Virus record (IMG/VR): IMGVR_UViG_3300047279_000159
Location: 1-51,607 of that record
Reading direction: 5' to 3' (one strand)
From: a virus
Lineage: Duplodnaviria; Caudoviricetes
Length of the DNA stretch: 51,607 nt
Made by a program: the position numbers and the translations under genes
The notes under the pieces: model-generated
The model's database searches: none
The model's input: the letters and a program-made list of their open reading frames with translations, nothing else
What the model was told of the DNA's origin: nothing
Shown: positions 25,400 to 36,479 of the stretch, piece after piece
Numbering within the stretch: the first letter of the stretch is position 1
How the letters are laid out: each line of letters starts with the position of its first letter

Positions 25400-26161
25400 T
25401 TGATAATGTCTGCGGGCTCTGCTATTTACTTAGGAAAAACTGGAGCCACCGGTGGGGTTACCGGTGCGCACGGTCACTTTGAAGTAATTAAAGATGGCAA
25501 GCGTTACGGGTTATCGCAAGCACGCGCTGATCTCGGCCAAAAAATTCAATTTCGGTTACCTGGTAGTCAAGAGTGGCAACAGATGTACAGCGCCCAGACG
25601 GGCGGTCAGTTTAAGTTAAATCCAGCGTTGTCCCTTACTGAAGGCATGGGTGTTCGCGAAGTACATCCAGTTACTGGTGCCAAGAATGTTCCGCATTTAG
25701 GCGAAGATTATCCTTTCCCTGCTAATACGGATTTACGTTTTATGGGCGGAGGAACTGTTCAAGGATTGTCTAATGTAGGACGTGCAGGAAACATTTCTAC
25801 TTTGCAGACAGGTCCATATAAGTTAGATATTTTTCACATGAATAAACTCCCTGGAGCGGCATCAGCCCCAGAGTCAACAGCAATTCCAGAAGCACCCGTA
25901 CTACCTGGTGAAACAACAACAACAACAAACGATACGCGCACCAGGGATATTCTTGAAGCATTTATGTATGGAACACAAGCTCAACAACCACAAAAAGAAA
26001 AAAACTTAGCAGATACTTTAAAAGGTGAGTTAATTGCAGGCGCGTTAACCAATGCTTTAACGCCTAGAAAATCTTTTCTTTCATCTTTTGTTTCACAACA
26101 ACCCTACTTAATGGGGCAAGCTGCATCTACGTCGAACTATCTTTCTGGATATCCAGTTTGA
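25400..26161 (+). CDS. circularly permuted M23-family peptidase with C-terminal tail
   Basis: GKTGATGGVTGAHGHFEV precedes HPVTG...HLGED and FHM. Confidence 0.65.
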   Translation: MIMSAGSAIYLGKTGATGGVTGAHGHFEVIKDGKRYGLSQARADLGQKIQFRLPGSQEWQQMYSAQTGGQFKLNPALSLTEGMGVREVHPVTGAKNVPHLGEDYPFPANTDLRFMGGGTVQGLSNVGRAGNISTLQTGPYKLDIFHMNKLPGAASAPESTAIPEAPVLPGETTTTTNDTRTRDILEAFMYGTQAQQPQKEKNLADTLKGELIAGALTNALTPRKSFLSSFVSQQPYLMGQAASTSNYLSGYPV

Positions 26162-26199
26162 TTCCTTCCTTTATAATGAATAGACAGGAGAAATAAGAA

Positions 26200-26661
26200 G
26201 TGAATTTATCTGACTTTGATAAAAGTAGGGTCAGGTACCACCTAGGGTACTTCACTGTTTCCGTGCCTGCTGGTGACTATGCCAGGCTCGAAGAAGCAAT
26301 GAATACTGTTCCAGATTCTTATTTCTACGATAAAATTGTCATTCAAATTGGTCGTTGCGATACGGCTGAAAAGAAAACTGAAGTTGCAACTTCGCCCTCA
26401 ACTCGGCTAGAAAGCATTGCCGGTGACGTTGATCGTACGATTAGATCGAGCAACGCCAAAGAAGCGTTAAAAGTTTGGGATGAAATTTATCTTTACGAAA
26501 CCAATCGTTTGGCTGGCATTCTGTATGTCCCGAACTACAAGGATCCTTTCCAGGCTCGTTACCGGTATGAACGTTCGGGTGCAGAATTCATCCAAGCTTT
26601 ACCTGGCCCAGCAGATACCGCAGTTGGTTCACGTATTTATTTAAGAGAGGTGTGTAGATAA
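26200..26661 (+). CDS. head-tail adaptor/connector-like protein
   Basis: 153 aa, MNLSDFDKSRVRYHLGY; position after the head genes. Confidence 0.5.
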   Translation: MNLSDFDKSRVRYHLGYFTVSVPAGDYARLEEAMNTVPDSYFYDKIVIQIGRCDTAEKKTEVATSPSTRLESIAGDVDRTIRSSNAKEALKVWDEIYLYETNRLAGILYVPNYKDPFQARYRYERSGAEFIQALPGPADTAVGSRIYLREVCR

Positions 26662-27926
26662 TGAATAAACTTTTTCAACAACTTTTACAACAAGCTAAAT
26701 CACGTGCTCTTCCTGAACTAGAACGTAGTGCTAAAGGTTTTATTGAAGATGTTGCAGCACCAGTAGTTAGATCTGTTGGGTCGATACCAGATCAACTTGC
26801 CCGCCCTACTAAGAAATGGTTCCAGCAAGCCCTCAGTCCTGCTACTTTTGATCGTTATGGCAATGCCAATAAATTAATGTCCCAGCAAGTTGGAAGAAGG
26901 GCTCCTTCTGTCTGGGGGGGCCAGTCTTATGATGTACGACTTGCTCAAAGACTTGATCCGGCCCAGCGCTTTTTACAAGAGTATGGAATGGGTAACATTC
27001 CTGAAGCTGCTGCATCCCTTCGTCAAGTTCAAGGAGGTATTAAAGAAGGGATTCAAGAAGGTATTCAAGCTGGTATGGATACGTCCAAAGGAATTTTTCG
27101 TAAACTTCAAGGTATTGGACCCACAGCATTAAATCCCCTGGCTACACGCACACCAACTACATTACTTGGTAAAACCGGTCAGTTTTTCAATCCATTAAGT
27201 CGTGCAAATTTTGCAGGCTACTTTGCAGATCCAGTTATCAATACGTTTGTTCCAGAGTCCATGCGAGACACTGCACGTGTAGCAGCTTATACCCCTGGCG
27301 GCCTTCCCGTTAAAATGCTTTCAGCAGGTTTGTATGATACGTTTCTAAACCCACGTAACGCAGGAGTAGGTTTAGCTACTGGAACTTTGCGAGATAATGA
27401 TCCAATGAGGTACGGTGGCCTACGAGCTTTAGAAAGTATTAATACACAAAACGCACAACGACCTATTGGCACCTTATCTCAACTTGGTGGAAAAGAAGTT
27501 GAGTGGAGGGGGCCGGAACTAGAATGGCAGCGGACTTATTCGGAAGGTGCTAGCCCACCTTCTTCTGCCCCTGGTTCCTTACAGGACCTATCTAGTGGGC
27601 GGCGAGCCGGACAAGTGGGATCCAGCGTGATCTCCAATGGGGCCGGTGTTCCCGCACAACGTTCTGATGTTATTAACCGCGCACTCTCTCAAGAAGTACT
27701 TAACGCTGCTCAGCAGTTCAACGCTCCTGCAAATGTTCCTCTTCCTTCCTTCTATGAGGGCCAACAGCAACTGGGTAGGAGTATGATGCAAAACGGGACT
27801 TTGGTGAGTCAGCTCCAAGAACTGGGTGGTGCGCCTGGTATGACACCAGAAAACTTAAAGAGTTGGGCCGAGAAAAACCCAGCCCTTGCGTACAGAGAAC
27901 TATTGAAACGAAGAGGCGTCCAATGA
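26661..27926 (+). CDS. hypothetical virion protein
   Basis: 421-aa ORF. Confidence 0.65.
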   Translation: MNKLFQQLLQQAKSRALPELERSAKGFIEDVAAPVVRSVGSIPDQLARPTKKWFQQALSPATFDRYGNANKLMSQQVGRRAPSVWGGQSYDVRLAQRLDPAQRFLQEYGMGNIPEAAASLRQVQGGIKEGIQEGIQAGMDTSKGIFRKLQGIGPTALNPLATRTPTTLLGKTGQFFNPLSRANFAGYFADPVINTFVPESMRDTARVAAYTPGGLPVKMLSAGLYDTFLNPRNAGVGLATGTLRDNDPMRYGGLRALESINTQNAQRPIGTLSQLGGKEVEWRGPELEWQRTYSEGASPPSSAPGSLQDLSSGRRAGQVGSSVISNGAGVPAQRSDVINRALSQEVLNAAQQFNAPANVPLPSFYEGQQQLGRSMMQNGTLVSQLQELGGAPGMTPENLKSWAEKNPALAYRELLKRRGVQ

Positions 27927-28585
27927 ACGAACGTCAGGTTTTAGAAAAGTTTCGTCAAACACCCGAGGGCCAACGCCTTCTAAAAACTATTCGGTTTGCA
28001 GAAGGTACAGCTGGTCCCAAAGGTTACCAAACTATGTTTGGGGGCGGTACGTTTGCTGATATGAGTCGTCATCCAGATCGGGTGATCCGTAGTGGTGGAT
28101 ACTCCAGCGCTGCAGCAGGTGCATATCAGTTTCTTCCTGGAACCTGGCAAAGCCAATCTTCTCGTCTCGGCCTTAAAGGTTTTGGGCCAGAAGAACAAGA
28201 TGTTGCCGCTTTAGCCCTGGCTCGCAATCGGTTAATGGATCTTGGGGGTCTTGAAACCGTGCGTAAGGAAGGGCTTAGTCAACGTGTGGCTGCTGCATTG
28301 TCGCCTGAATGGGCTTCATTCCCAACAGAATCTGGACGTAGTTTTTATGGCCAGCCAGTTAAATCCTTGGCCTCGTTACAAAAATATTACGGAGACGTTC
28401 CGTTAGCGGCACCAGCAGCTGTGACGCCACCCTCTCCAACATCCGAGCCACCACCAGTTAGCACTCTTCTTTCAAAATTAGGGCTCATGTCCCCTGGGAC
28501 AGAGGCGAAGAAAAACTTTGCGCAAGACTTTGCTCTTGGTTTTATTCGTCCATTGCTTCCTAATATTTTTGGAGTAGCTCCGTAA
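27923..28585 (+). CDS. lambda R-like lytic transglycosylase (GH104) with Pro-rich tail
   Basis: IRFAEGT...Y..MFGG...HP...SSAAGAYQFL..TW...EWASFP. Confidence 0.85.
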   Translation: MNERQVLEKFRQTPEGQRLLKTIRFAEGTAGPKGYQTMFGGGTFADMSRHPDRVIRSGGYSSAAAGAYQFLPGTWQSQSSRLGLKGFGPEEQDVAALALARNRLMDLGGLETVRKEGLSQRVAAALSPEWASFPTESGRSFYGQPVKSLASLQKYYGDVPLAAPAAVTPPSPTSEPPPVSTLLSKLGLMSPGTEAKKNFAQDFALGFIRPLLPNIFGVAP

Positions 28586-28854
28586 TGGCACGCTTTTTAG
28601 ATTATGTAGATTCAGGCTACTTGCCAGGGGAACTCCGCCAATCCGCTTATGGTGCATCGGCTTTAAATCCCCTGGCCATTACTCAGTATGAAGCCAATAA
28701 AAAATGGAAATTTGAGCCGGGAGCTACTGATAAAAGCACCTCGTTTCAAGACTATTTAAATTGGCAAAATAATCCAGATGAGGCAATGTTTTCAAAAGTT
28801 AAATTGCCTTCTGAATTTTTATCCTTAATGCAAATGACTAACGGTTATAATTAA
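28585..28854 (+). CDS. hypothetical protein
   Basis: 89-aa coupled ORF. Confidence 0.65.
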   Translation: MARFLDYVDSGYLPGELRQSAYGASALNPLAITQYEANKKWKFEPGATDKSTSFQDYLNWQNNPDEAMFSKVKLPSEFLSLMQMTNGYN

Positions 28855-28875
28855 CAAAAAGCTGAAGTAAGAAGC

Positions 28876-29655
28876 GTGTCCTCAACTAGCTCAAATAAGC
28901 AACCGGTTTTTATTGATCGTCCGTTATTCGATACGGTTCGAGTGACGACGCAGACTGTTGGTAGCGCAGCAACAAATACTTTATTTGTACAAGGTGGTCA
29001 GGCTCCTTCTATTTTGGTGGATATGGATGCCACTTTAAGTGAAGACAATAACTCTGGCGGTGTAGTTGATTCCATTACAATTGTTCGTAATGATATCTAT
29101 CGTGGTGCAGATTACACGCTAGACACGACAACTTCAGGTAATGCGGTTTCCCTTGTAAGTGGACAGATTGTTACTATTACAACAACCGGTGCCATGAACA
29201 CTGGCACTGCTAGTGGGGTTGGATCGTATGCCTACACTGGCGCAACTACTATTACTGGTAAGTTAGGAGCACTTAACTATTCAGGTGCTACTACAAGCGG
29301 TTTTAATTTCCTTGGTGTTAACTACGGTTATCAACAGCACGCAACTTTTGTGTTCTATCAAACCCGTAATACCACTACGCCAATCCCTGGTAGTGGCGAC
29401 TATCGTTTGTTGTTTGCAAAAACTATTCCAGCAAGCACTCAGGTAATTGACTGTTCAGATGTCATGCCTGTTTTAGCAGCTCCAATGCCAAGTGCAGGTA
29501 ATACAACTGGTCTTGGCGAAACTGCCCCGCTACGCAACAAAGGTATTTACCTGGAGCGCGGCGACCGCATTTACGTTGGTGTTTTTCCAGACGGCCCTAA
29601 CTCTTCTGGGTATCTCCCTGGCGCACAAGTCATTGCACAGGGCGGTTTCTTCTAA
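28876..29655 (+). CDS. putative tail structural protein
   Basis: T/G/S-rich beta protein in the tail region. Confidence 0.55.
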   Translation: MSSTSSNKQPVFIDRPLFDTVRVTTQTVGSAATNTLFVQGGQAPSILVDMDATLSEDNNSGGVVDSITIVRNDIYRGADYTLDTTTSGNAVSLVSGQIVTITTTGAMNTGTASGVGSYAYTGATTITGKLGALNYSGATTSGFNFLGVNYGYQQHATFVFYQTRNTTTPIPGSGDYRLLFAKTIPASTQVIDCSDVMPVLAAPMPSAGNTTGLGETAPLRNKGIYLERGDRIYVGVFPDGPNSSGYLPGAQVIAQGGFF

Positions 29656-29658
29656 AGT

Positions 29659-31296
29659 ATGACGCCCCGTGGAGGCGATACTTTTGGTTCTTTTGGTAAA
29701 ACAAAAGCGCCTAATCCTTTTTGTGTACCGACAATTAGAACTGAGTTTTCCAAAGGTGGCGTTCCCGGCTCTATCTCAGTGTTAAATAGAGAGTCTGCCT
29801 GGACACGTTGGCGCCGTGGATATGAAATGGCCTGTGCGTCATTAGAAGATAATGATTACGCATACAACTATAAATACACAGTTCCTTTTCCGGAAGGTTT
29901 CTTACCCGCAGGTACAAAATACCCCGATATCCAAGGAGAGTTTAGAGGGTATCCTACGACCAGCCGAGAATTCGGCATGCACTGGGCCGGGTTAAAAAAA
30001 TTTGGTAGTGTGAGGTTTGACCAGTTACAAGCACAGTATTTGCTAATAAATCAATACTGGTTTGATGCTCAACTAGAAGATTATGAAAACGTTGGTCAAT
30101 GGTTGGACGAAGAAGCAAAGCTTGAACTTATAGATTTATATATTGAATCTATTACAGAAGATGATAATTATTGGTACGTAAAACTACATGGGGCTTGGAG
30201 CGAAGGCAATAAATTGCCTGCCCCCTTGTACATAAATATAAGCAGTACCCTTGAAGGCCTTAAGCCACTTAACGGAGAAGTCTTGGAAGATCGGATACTT
30301 ACAAAAGATGGTGTTGTAATTGACAGAGATTCAATTGATCCAACCACCCAAAAGCGCTATGGCTATGTACAGGCAGTTTTGGTTGATACCGATGAAGTTA
30401 ATGGTATTTTAACTTTAAGAAAAGATGGTTCAGTTGAAGCAACACCTGACCGAGTTCTTGTAACTCCTGCTACCCGTCCGCCAAGCATTGGACGTTATTT
30501 TATTACTGGTTCTAGGTATTGCTGTACGTGTCAAGATTTTAGTCGCCGTGATTACAGCTATATGATGAACCTTGGGGCAACTAATAAAAAAGCATTTCCG
30601 CGCACTAGTATTGCAAGCATCAAACCCGGTCGTTATGAAGTTTTAAAAAACTTAGGCATTGTAGATAACGCTACAATGACGGATGCAGATGTTAATCGTA
30701 TTTTAGAAATTATTGCCCCAGACCAAGCATTTCAAGTACCAGGGAGTGTTACTTCTGAAACGGCAATTGATCGGCAAGCAACACGTGATAAACCTGGTGT
30801 CTACAGAGAGTTTGGATCTTCTTATTTGAGAACAACTAAGAACCCAGGATTATCAGGTTCAAAATCTGAAGGCATGCCAACATATGAAGACTATACCGCA
30901 ACGGGAAATGTCATCACATCTCTTACTGATATTTGGAATCCCATATTAGATGAAATGAGATATTGTAAACATGTCTATGCCATGCGCTTTCAAGAAGGTG
31001 TGTTCCCTCCGGAACCTTCTGACTTTCCAGTTGAAATTGAAAGCATGGCGGCATGGGAACAAAAACTTGTTGCTAAAAACGATGATGATCAACGTGAATC
31101 AAACTCAGCAGTAACCAGGAGAGCTTTATCCTTGATGGATGTGCCCCCTTACAACTGTCAAGCACAATCCATGCAACCAATGCTTCAAAAATTATTCAAC
31201 ATACCGTTGACATATATAAAAATTGACGGCTTTACAATGTATGATAAAAATGGTATAGCCTATGTTCCAGCGCTTGGAGAAAAACGCGGTACGTGA
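29659..31296 (+). CDS. hypothetical protein with split SWIM-like zinc finger
   Basis: YCCTCQDF ... YCKHVYA. Confidence 0.6.
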   Translation: MTPRGGDTFGSFGKTKAPNPFCVPTIRTEFSKGGVPGSISVLNRESAWTRWRRGYEMACASLEDNDYAYNYKYTVPFPEGFLPAGTKYPDIQGEFRGYPTTSREFGMHWAGLKKFGSVRFDQLQAQYLLINQYWFDAQLEDYENVGQWLDEEAKLELIDLYIESITEDDNYWYVKLHGAWSEGNKLPAPLYINISSTLEGLKPLNGEVLEDRILTKDGVVIDRDSIDPTTQKRYGYVQAVLVDTDEVNGILTLRKDGSVEATPDRVLVTPATRPPSIGRYFITGSRYCCTCQDFSRRDYSYMMNLGATNKKAFPRTSIASIKPGRYEVLKNLGIVDNATMTDADVNRILEIIAPDQAFQVPGSVTSETAIDRQATRDKPGVYREFGSSYLRTTKNPGLSGSKSEGMPTYEDYTATGNVITSLTDIWNPILDEMRYCKHVYAMRFQEGVFPPEPSDFPVEIESMAAWEQKLVAKNDDDQRESNSAVTRRALSLMDVPPYNCQAQSMQPMLQKLFNIPLTYIKIDGFTMYDKNGIAYVPALGEKRGT

Positions 31297-31341
31297 ATTT
31301 TTCGTTTTAAAATACAGTAATCAAGGCGTTTAAAGTTTTAA

Positions 31342-34161
31342 ATGTTAATCCTGGCCTCTACTTCAGATGTACTTAATGTCATCACGGGTTCGGCCGGTAA
31401 CGTTGAGGTTCATGTTTCATATGCAGACAATAACAACAGCGTTGTAAGCGCTGGTCGAATTAATACAATTATTACGACTGCAACTACAACAGCAATTGTT
31501 TCGTCACCGCCAGATCCAATTCAACGAAATATTAGAACGTTTTACATAAAAAATGATGTAGTCTCTGGGAATAATACAATTCGCGTTGAGCATACTGACG
31601 GCACAAAAGTAACTACGCTTTGGTCGGGCACGTTAGCTCCAGCAGAAGAATTAGCACTTAATCAGAATGGTGATTGGAATGTCTACGACTCAAGCGGTCT
31701 AGCCAAAGTTTATGCAATGGTCGGGGCCACTGGTGTTACAGGGCCTCAAGGTGATCCAGGTGGGCCCACTGGTGTTACTGGAGCAACAGGAATACAAGGT
31801 ACAACAGGACCAACTGGTATACAAGGACCCAGCGGGGTCACTGGCGTCACTGGTGCTACGGGAATACAAGGTGTAACAGGCCCTCAAGGCACGACAGGTC
31901 CTACGGGAATACAGGGTCCTACTGGGTCACAAGGTACTACCGGACCTACTGGTGTATCAGGTGCAACAGGTATTCAAGGAGCCACTGGTGTCACGGGTGC
32001 TACAGGTATTCAAGGAACAACAGGTCCTACCGGTATTGATGGTCCGACTGGTGTCACTGGCGTAACTGGAGCAACCGGTGTACAGGGAACTACAGGTCCC
32101 ACTGGGGTATCGGGAGTAACTGGTGTCACTGGTGTTACAGGCGCAACAGGAATACAAGGGCCGACCGGTGTTACTGGTGCAACCGGAGTACAGGGAACTA
32201 CAGGTCCTACTGGGGTATCGGGAGTAACTGGTGCAACTGGTGTCCAAGGAACAACTGGTCCTACAGGTGTTACTGGAGTAACAGGTCCTCAGGGAACCAC
32301 TGGGCCGACTGGCTTGCAAGGAACTACTGGGCCAATAGGTTCTACAGGTCCTCAGGGAACTACAGGTCCTACAGGCGTCACTGGTGCCACAGGATTACAA
32401 GGTGTGACAGGTCCACAGGGAACTACAGGACCCACTGGAGCTACAGGGCCACAAGGTACAACAGGTCCCACCGGCATTGAAGGCCCCACTGGCGTATCAG
32501 GTGTTACGGGAGCAACTGGTGTTCAAGGAACTACAGGACCTACCGGCATTGATGGTCCGACTGGTGTCACTGGTGTAACAGGTCCTCAAGGTACAACCGG
32601 ACCGACTGGAATTTCAGGCCCCACTGGTGCCACCGGTCCTCAAGGTTATTCTTCTAGTCTTTTTCTTTATCTTGCAAACACAACAATTACCAGCGGCTAT
32701 CCAGGAGATGGGGATTTACTTTGGAATACTGCTACGCAAACCAGTGCTACACAAATTAGCATCAGTCATTTAACCGATAACAATATTGATATTGATATTT
32801 TTCTTGCTCAACTTACACAAACTGAAATAATTACAATTCAAGATCAAGGCAGCAGTACTAACTATCAAACATGGCGCATTAATGGAACACCTACAAATAC
32901 TAATCCAGGGGCTGCTAATAGTTATTGGAATTATCCAGTTGCATTAGTTGCTTCTGGTGGAACAGGTACTACTAACTTTGCTAATGCGCAAGCACTTTTT
33001 GTAGCTCTTGTAAATGGTGCAGAAGGTGCTACTGGCCCCACTGGAGCAACAGGCGCTGGGGTTACAGGTGCTACAGGGATTCAAGGCCCCACTGGTTTAC
33101 AAGGCCCCACTGGTCTACAAGGTACAACAGGACCCACTGGGCTACAGGGATCTACAGGCGTACAGGGTACAACAGGCCCTACGGGCGTAACTGGTGCCAC
33201 TGGTATACAGGGTGTAACAGGTCCTCAAGGAACTACAGGACCCTCCGGTGTCACTGGCGTGTCTGGTGTTACAGGTGCGACTGGTATCCAAGGAACAACA
33301 GGTCCTACTGGTGTTACTGGCGTGTCAGGTGTGACAGGAGCAACAGGAGTACAAGGTACCACTGGTCCCACGGGCGTTGGCTATAGCAATGTAACTTCCA
33401 CAACATCTGCAACACCAGCCTCTACTGGAACAATTACTCTTACAACAAATCAACAGGGTGCATTTGTTACAGGAGATAGAGTCAGAGCGATTAATACTTC
33501 AGCAAATCTTTTTGAAGGTATTGTTACTATTACAACTGGCACTACATTCGCAATTGTTGCTGATTACAACCTAGGAACAACAACTGCAACTAGTTGGAGT
33601 ATTACACTTGCAGGTGTTAGAGGTATCACTGGCCCCTCCGGTCCCACAGGACCCTCCGGTCCCACTGGTGTAACAGGAGCTACAGGCGTACAAGGAACAA
33701 CAGGTCCTACTGGTGTTGGTATTACAGGAGCTACAGGAATTCAAGGCCCCACTGGCGTTCAAGGAACAACAGGTCCTACTGGTGTTGGTATTACAGGAGC
33801 TACAGGTGTACAAGGAACAACAGGCCCAACAGGATCCGCCAGTCCCAAAGCGTTGACAATTTATAACCCAGGTAACACAGAGGATCTTACTTTGTTTTAC
33901 ACCGCATCAGCTATTACACTTAGCTCTGTATTAGCTGTAGTAACAGGAACATCTCCCAGTGTAACTTTTTCATTGTTAAGTGGTACAAGTCGTGCAACAA
34001 TTACAACAACTAATGTAAGTTCTCAAACTGTTACAAATACAACAACAGGCACTTCCGTAACAATTGCAAGTACATCTATTGCTGCTAATAGTTGGGTTTG
34101 GATAACAACAAGTGCTACATCGGGAACAATAACTTCTTTTAGCCTTACGCTATCTTTCTGA
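31342..34161 (+). CDS. collagen-like (Gly-X-Thr) tail fibre
   Basis: Long GPT/GAT/GVT/GIQ triplet runs interrupted by globular domains. Confidence 0.85.
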   Translation: MLILASTSDVLNVITGSAGNVEVHVSYADNNNSVVSAGRINTIITTATTTAIVSSPPDPIQRNIRTFYIKNDVVSGNNTIRVEHTDGTKVTTLWSGTLAPAEELALNQNGDWNVYDSSGLAKVYAMVGATGVTGPQGDPGGPTGVTGATGIQGTTGPTGIQGPSGVTGVTGATGIQGVTGPQGTTGPTGIQGPTGSQGTTGPTGVSGATGIQGATGVTGATGIQGTTGPTGIDGPTGVTGVTGATGVQGTTGPTGVSGVTGVTGVTGATGIQGPTGVTGATGVQGTTGPTGVSGVTGATGVQGTTGPTGVTGVTGPQGTTGPTGLQGTTGPIGSTGPQGTTGPTGVTGATGLQGVTGPQGTTGPTGATGPQGTTGPTGIEGPTGVSGVTGATGVQGTTGPTGIDGPTGVTGVTGPQGTTGPTGISGPTGATGPQGYSSSLFLYLANTTITSGYPGDGDLLWNTATQTSATQISISHLTDNNIDIDIFLAQLTQTEIITIQDQGSSTNYQTWRINGTPTNTNPGAANSYWNYPVALVASGGTGTTNFANAQALFVALVNGAEGATGPTGATGAGVTGATGIQGPTGLQGPTGLQGTTGPTGLQGSTGVQGTTGPTGVTGATGIQGVTGPQGTTGPSGVTGVSGVTGATGIQGTTGPTGVTGVSGVTGATGVQGTTGPTGVGYSNVTSTTSATPASTGTITLTTNQQGAFVTGDRVRAINTSANLFEGIVTITTGTTFAIVADYNLGTTTATSWSITLAGVRGITGPSGPTGPSGPTGVTGATGVQGTTGPTGVGITGATGIQGPTGVQGTTGPTGVGITGATGVQGTTGPTGSASPKALTIYNPGNTEDLTLFYTASAITLSSVLAVVTGTSPSVTFSLLSGTSRATITTTNVSSQTVTNTTTGTSVTIASTSIAANSWVWITTSATSGTITSFSLTLSF

Positions 34162-34162
34162 T

Positions 34163-35206
34163 ATGGGACAAATTACTAAAATTATTGCGCTATCAACAAC
34201 AGGGGCTGGCACCTTGATAGTACCAAATGATTGGCAATCTACAGGTAGTATTATTCGATTAATTGCAGGAGGTGGTGGTGGTTCAAGAGCAGCTATTGGT
34301 AACCAAGCAAGAGGGGGTGCTGCTGGTGGCAGTTATTCTGAACTTACTAATTTTTCTTTAACACGAGGACAAACTGTTTATTTTTCTATTGGTGCAGGGG
34401 GCCTGGGTGCAACAACAAATGGAACAGCAGGAACCACTGGTGGTAACACATGGATAAATAAAACTGCCAATAGTTCTCCAACATTATTGGCCAATGGTGG
34501 TCTTGCTATAGGTGGCGCGACAACCAATACTGGCACTGGAGCTGTTGCAGCAACAACAGGAGCAATCGGAGACTTCATTGCTTATGGCGGTAATGGAGGT
34601 ACTGGCGGTACTCGTTCCGGCCTAGCAGGTGGATCAGGCGGTGGCGGTGGCGGTGGTTCGGCTGGATCGTCTTTAGGTGTAGGACGTATTGGCGGTAATG
34701 GCGGAAATAATGTCAATGCTATCGGCGGTGGCGGTGGCGGTGGCGGTGGTGGTCTTGGAGGCATTGGTGGTAATGGTGCAGCTGCTTCTGGTAGCTCTGT
34801 AGTTACTGGGGGTACTGGAGGGTTGACATTTACAGGTGCTGCAGGAGCAGCAGCAAATACAGCAGGTAGCAATGGTGGTGGTGGAGGTGGAGGAAATAGT
34901 GCTGGATCGGGTGTTAATGCAATCGCTGGAGGTCCTGGAGGTCCTGGACAATACTTAACTTATATCCGTTTAAATAATGTAAACAGCGTTGCATTAATAG
35001 GTTCAGGTGGCGGCGGTGGTGGTGGTGGTGGAGCAGTTCAAGGTGGAATTGCAGCCATAGGCGGTATCGGTGGCTTATACGGTGGAGGTGGTGGATCAGG
35101 TGGCAGCGTTTTTGTATCTGGTTCTCCAGGTAGCGGTGGTAATGGCGGCCAAGGAGTAATTATTATTTCTTATCTATCAACAAGTGATCCTCACCTCTTT
35201 ACCTGA
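34163..35206 (+). CDS. polyglycine-rich adhesin-like protein A
   Basis: AGGGGG repeats and C-terminal GGQGVIIISY. Confidence 0.75.
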   Translation: MGQITKIIALSTTGAGTLIVPNDWQSTGSIIRLIAGGGGGSRAAIGNQARGGAAGGSYSELTNFSLTRGQTVYFSIGAGGLGATTNGTAGTTGGNTWINKTANSSPTLLANGGLAIGGATTNTGTGAVAATTGAIGDFIAYGGNGGTGGTRSGLAGGSGGGGGGGSAGSSLGVGRIGGNGGNNVNAIGGGGGGGGGGLGGIGGNGAAASGSSVVTGGTGGLTFTGAAGAAANTAGSNGGGGGGGNSAGSGVNAIAGGPGGPGQYLTYIRLNNVNSVALIGSGGGGGGGGGAVQGGIAAIGGIGGLYGGGGGSGGSVFVSGSPGSGGNGGQGVIIISYLSTSDPHLFT

Positions 35207-35249
35207 TCAACTGTTGATGCAATAGACTTTTCTAGTTAATTAAGGCAAC

Positions 35250-35312
35250 ATGCGTCTTCATCTGATTGGTATTTTCCATACTCAAGCCAAGGCGTTTTTT
35301 GTATTGCGCTAG
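35250..35312 (+). pseudogene. truncated duplicate of the glycosyltransferase 5' end
   Basis: MRLHLIGIFHTQAKA matches the first 15 aa of the 36480 ORF, then stop after 20 aa. Confidence 0.8.
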
Positions 35313-35374
35313 ATTTTTAAGTTACAATTACTAGTATAGAAACTAGTACCCCCTGGCACTACTAATTTTTTAAC

Positions 35375-36436
35375 ATGGCAATAGCTACTAGAACCATTGC
35401 ATTCACAACGACAGGTACTGGTACTTGGACAGTACCTAGCGATTGGCAATCCACAGGTAGTATTATTCGATTGATTGCTGGTGGTGGAGGTGGTTGCAGA
35501 ACTGTTTATTCCCCTTCGAGATATGCAGGAGGGGGTGCCGCTGGTGGCAGCTATTCTGAACTTACTAATTTTTCTTTAACAGCAGGACAAACTGTTTATT
35601 TTTCTATTGGCGCAAGAGGCTTGGGCGCAACAACAGATGGAACAGCAGGAACCAATGGTGGTAATACATGGATAAATAAAACTGCCAATAGTTCTCCAAC
35701 ATTATTGGCTGATGGGGGTCTTGCTATAGGCGGTGCAGGAAGTGCTAACAACGTTGGTGCTATTGCAGCAACAACTGGAGCAATTGGCAATATCATTTAT
35801 TATGGTGGAAATGGAGGGACTGGCGGACTTGCCAGTAGTCCTAGGGCTGCCGGTGGTGCGGGCGGCGGTTCAGCAGGATCAAGTCTAGGTACCGGAAGAA
35901 ATGGAGGAGATAGTGATGGCACTAGCGGTACTGGCATCCTCCCTGGCACCGGCGGCGGTGGTGGCGGTGGATTAGGTGGTGTTGGTGCCACTGGAATAGC
36001 TTCAATTGGAGGTAATGGTGGTTTAGATTTTGCAGGAGGCCCTGGAGGAGCTGGTGGTACTGGAACTACAAATGGTGCAGCTGGTACAAACGGCGGCGGT
36101 GGAGGAGGCGGTTCTAGTAGTGTCTTTAACGGAAACAGTAGTTCAGGTGGTAATGGTGGTGCGGGAGACTATTTAGCGTATACTCAATTAAATGGTGTAA
36201 ATGCATTTGGTACTATAGGAGCTGGTGGTGGCGGCGGCGGCGCTGGCGGTTATACCAAATTGGGCACTATACTGATTACGCCAGGTAACGGAGGACTTTA
36301 TGGCGGCGGTGGATGTGGCTGCACTAGTTATGGAAATAGCGAACAAATGACCAATGGCGGTAATGGCGCTCAGGGGGCAATTATCATTTCTTATTTAGGA
36401 ACTTCTTTGAAAAGGCAAATTATTATTACAACATAA
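35375..36436 (+). CDS. polyglycine-rich adhesin-like protein B (paralog of A)
   Basis: Near-identical N-terminal blocks (DWQSTGSIIRLIAGGGGG; NTWINKTANSSPTLLA). Confidence 0.75.
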   Translation: MAIATRTIAFTTTGTGTWTVPSDWQSTGSIIRLIAGGGGGCRTVYSPSRYAGGGAAGGSYSELTNFSLTAGQTVYFSIGARGLGATTDGTAGTNGGNTWINKTANSSPTLLADGGLAIGGAGSANNVGAIAATTGAIGNIIYYGGNGGTGGLASSPRAAGGAGGGSAGSSLGTGRNGGDSDGTSGTGILPGTGGGGGGGLGGVGATGIASIGGNGGLDFAGGPGGAGGTGTTNGAAGTNGGGGGGGSSSVFNGNSSSGGNGGAGDYLAYTQLNGVNAFGTIGAGGGGGGAGGYTKLGTILITPGNGGLYGGGGCGCTSYGNSEQMTNGGNGAQGAIIISYLGTSLKRQIIITT

Positions 36437-36479
36437 AAAGTTTTTAATGCAATAAACTTTTGTAATTAGTTAAAACAAC

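Noticed and set aside
31699-33813. Antisense Cys/Ser/Thr-rich ORFs in the collagen gene
   Set aside because: By-products of the GGN-NNN-ACN repeat
34163-36436. Diversity-generating retroelement TR/VR pair
   Set aside because: Both copies are full genes, differences are not adenine-specific, and no reverse transcriptase is in the window
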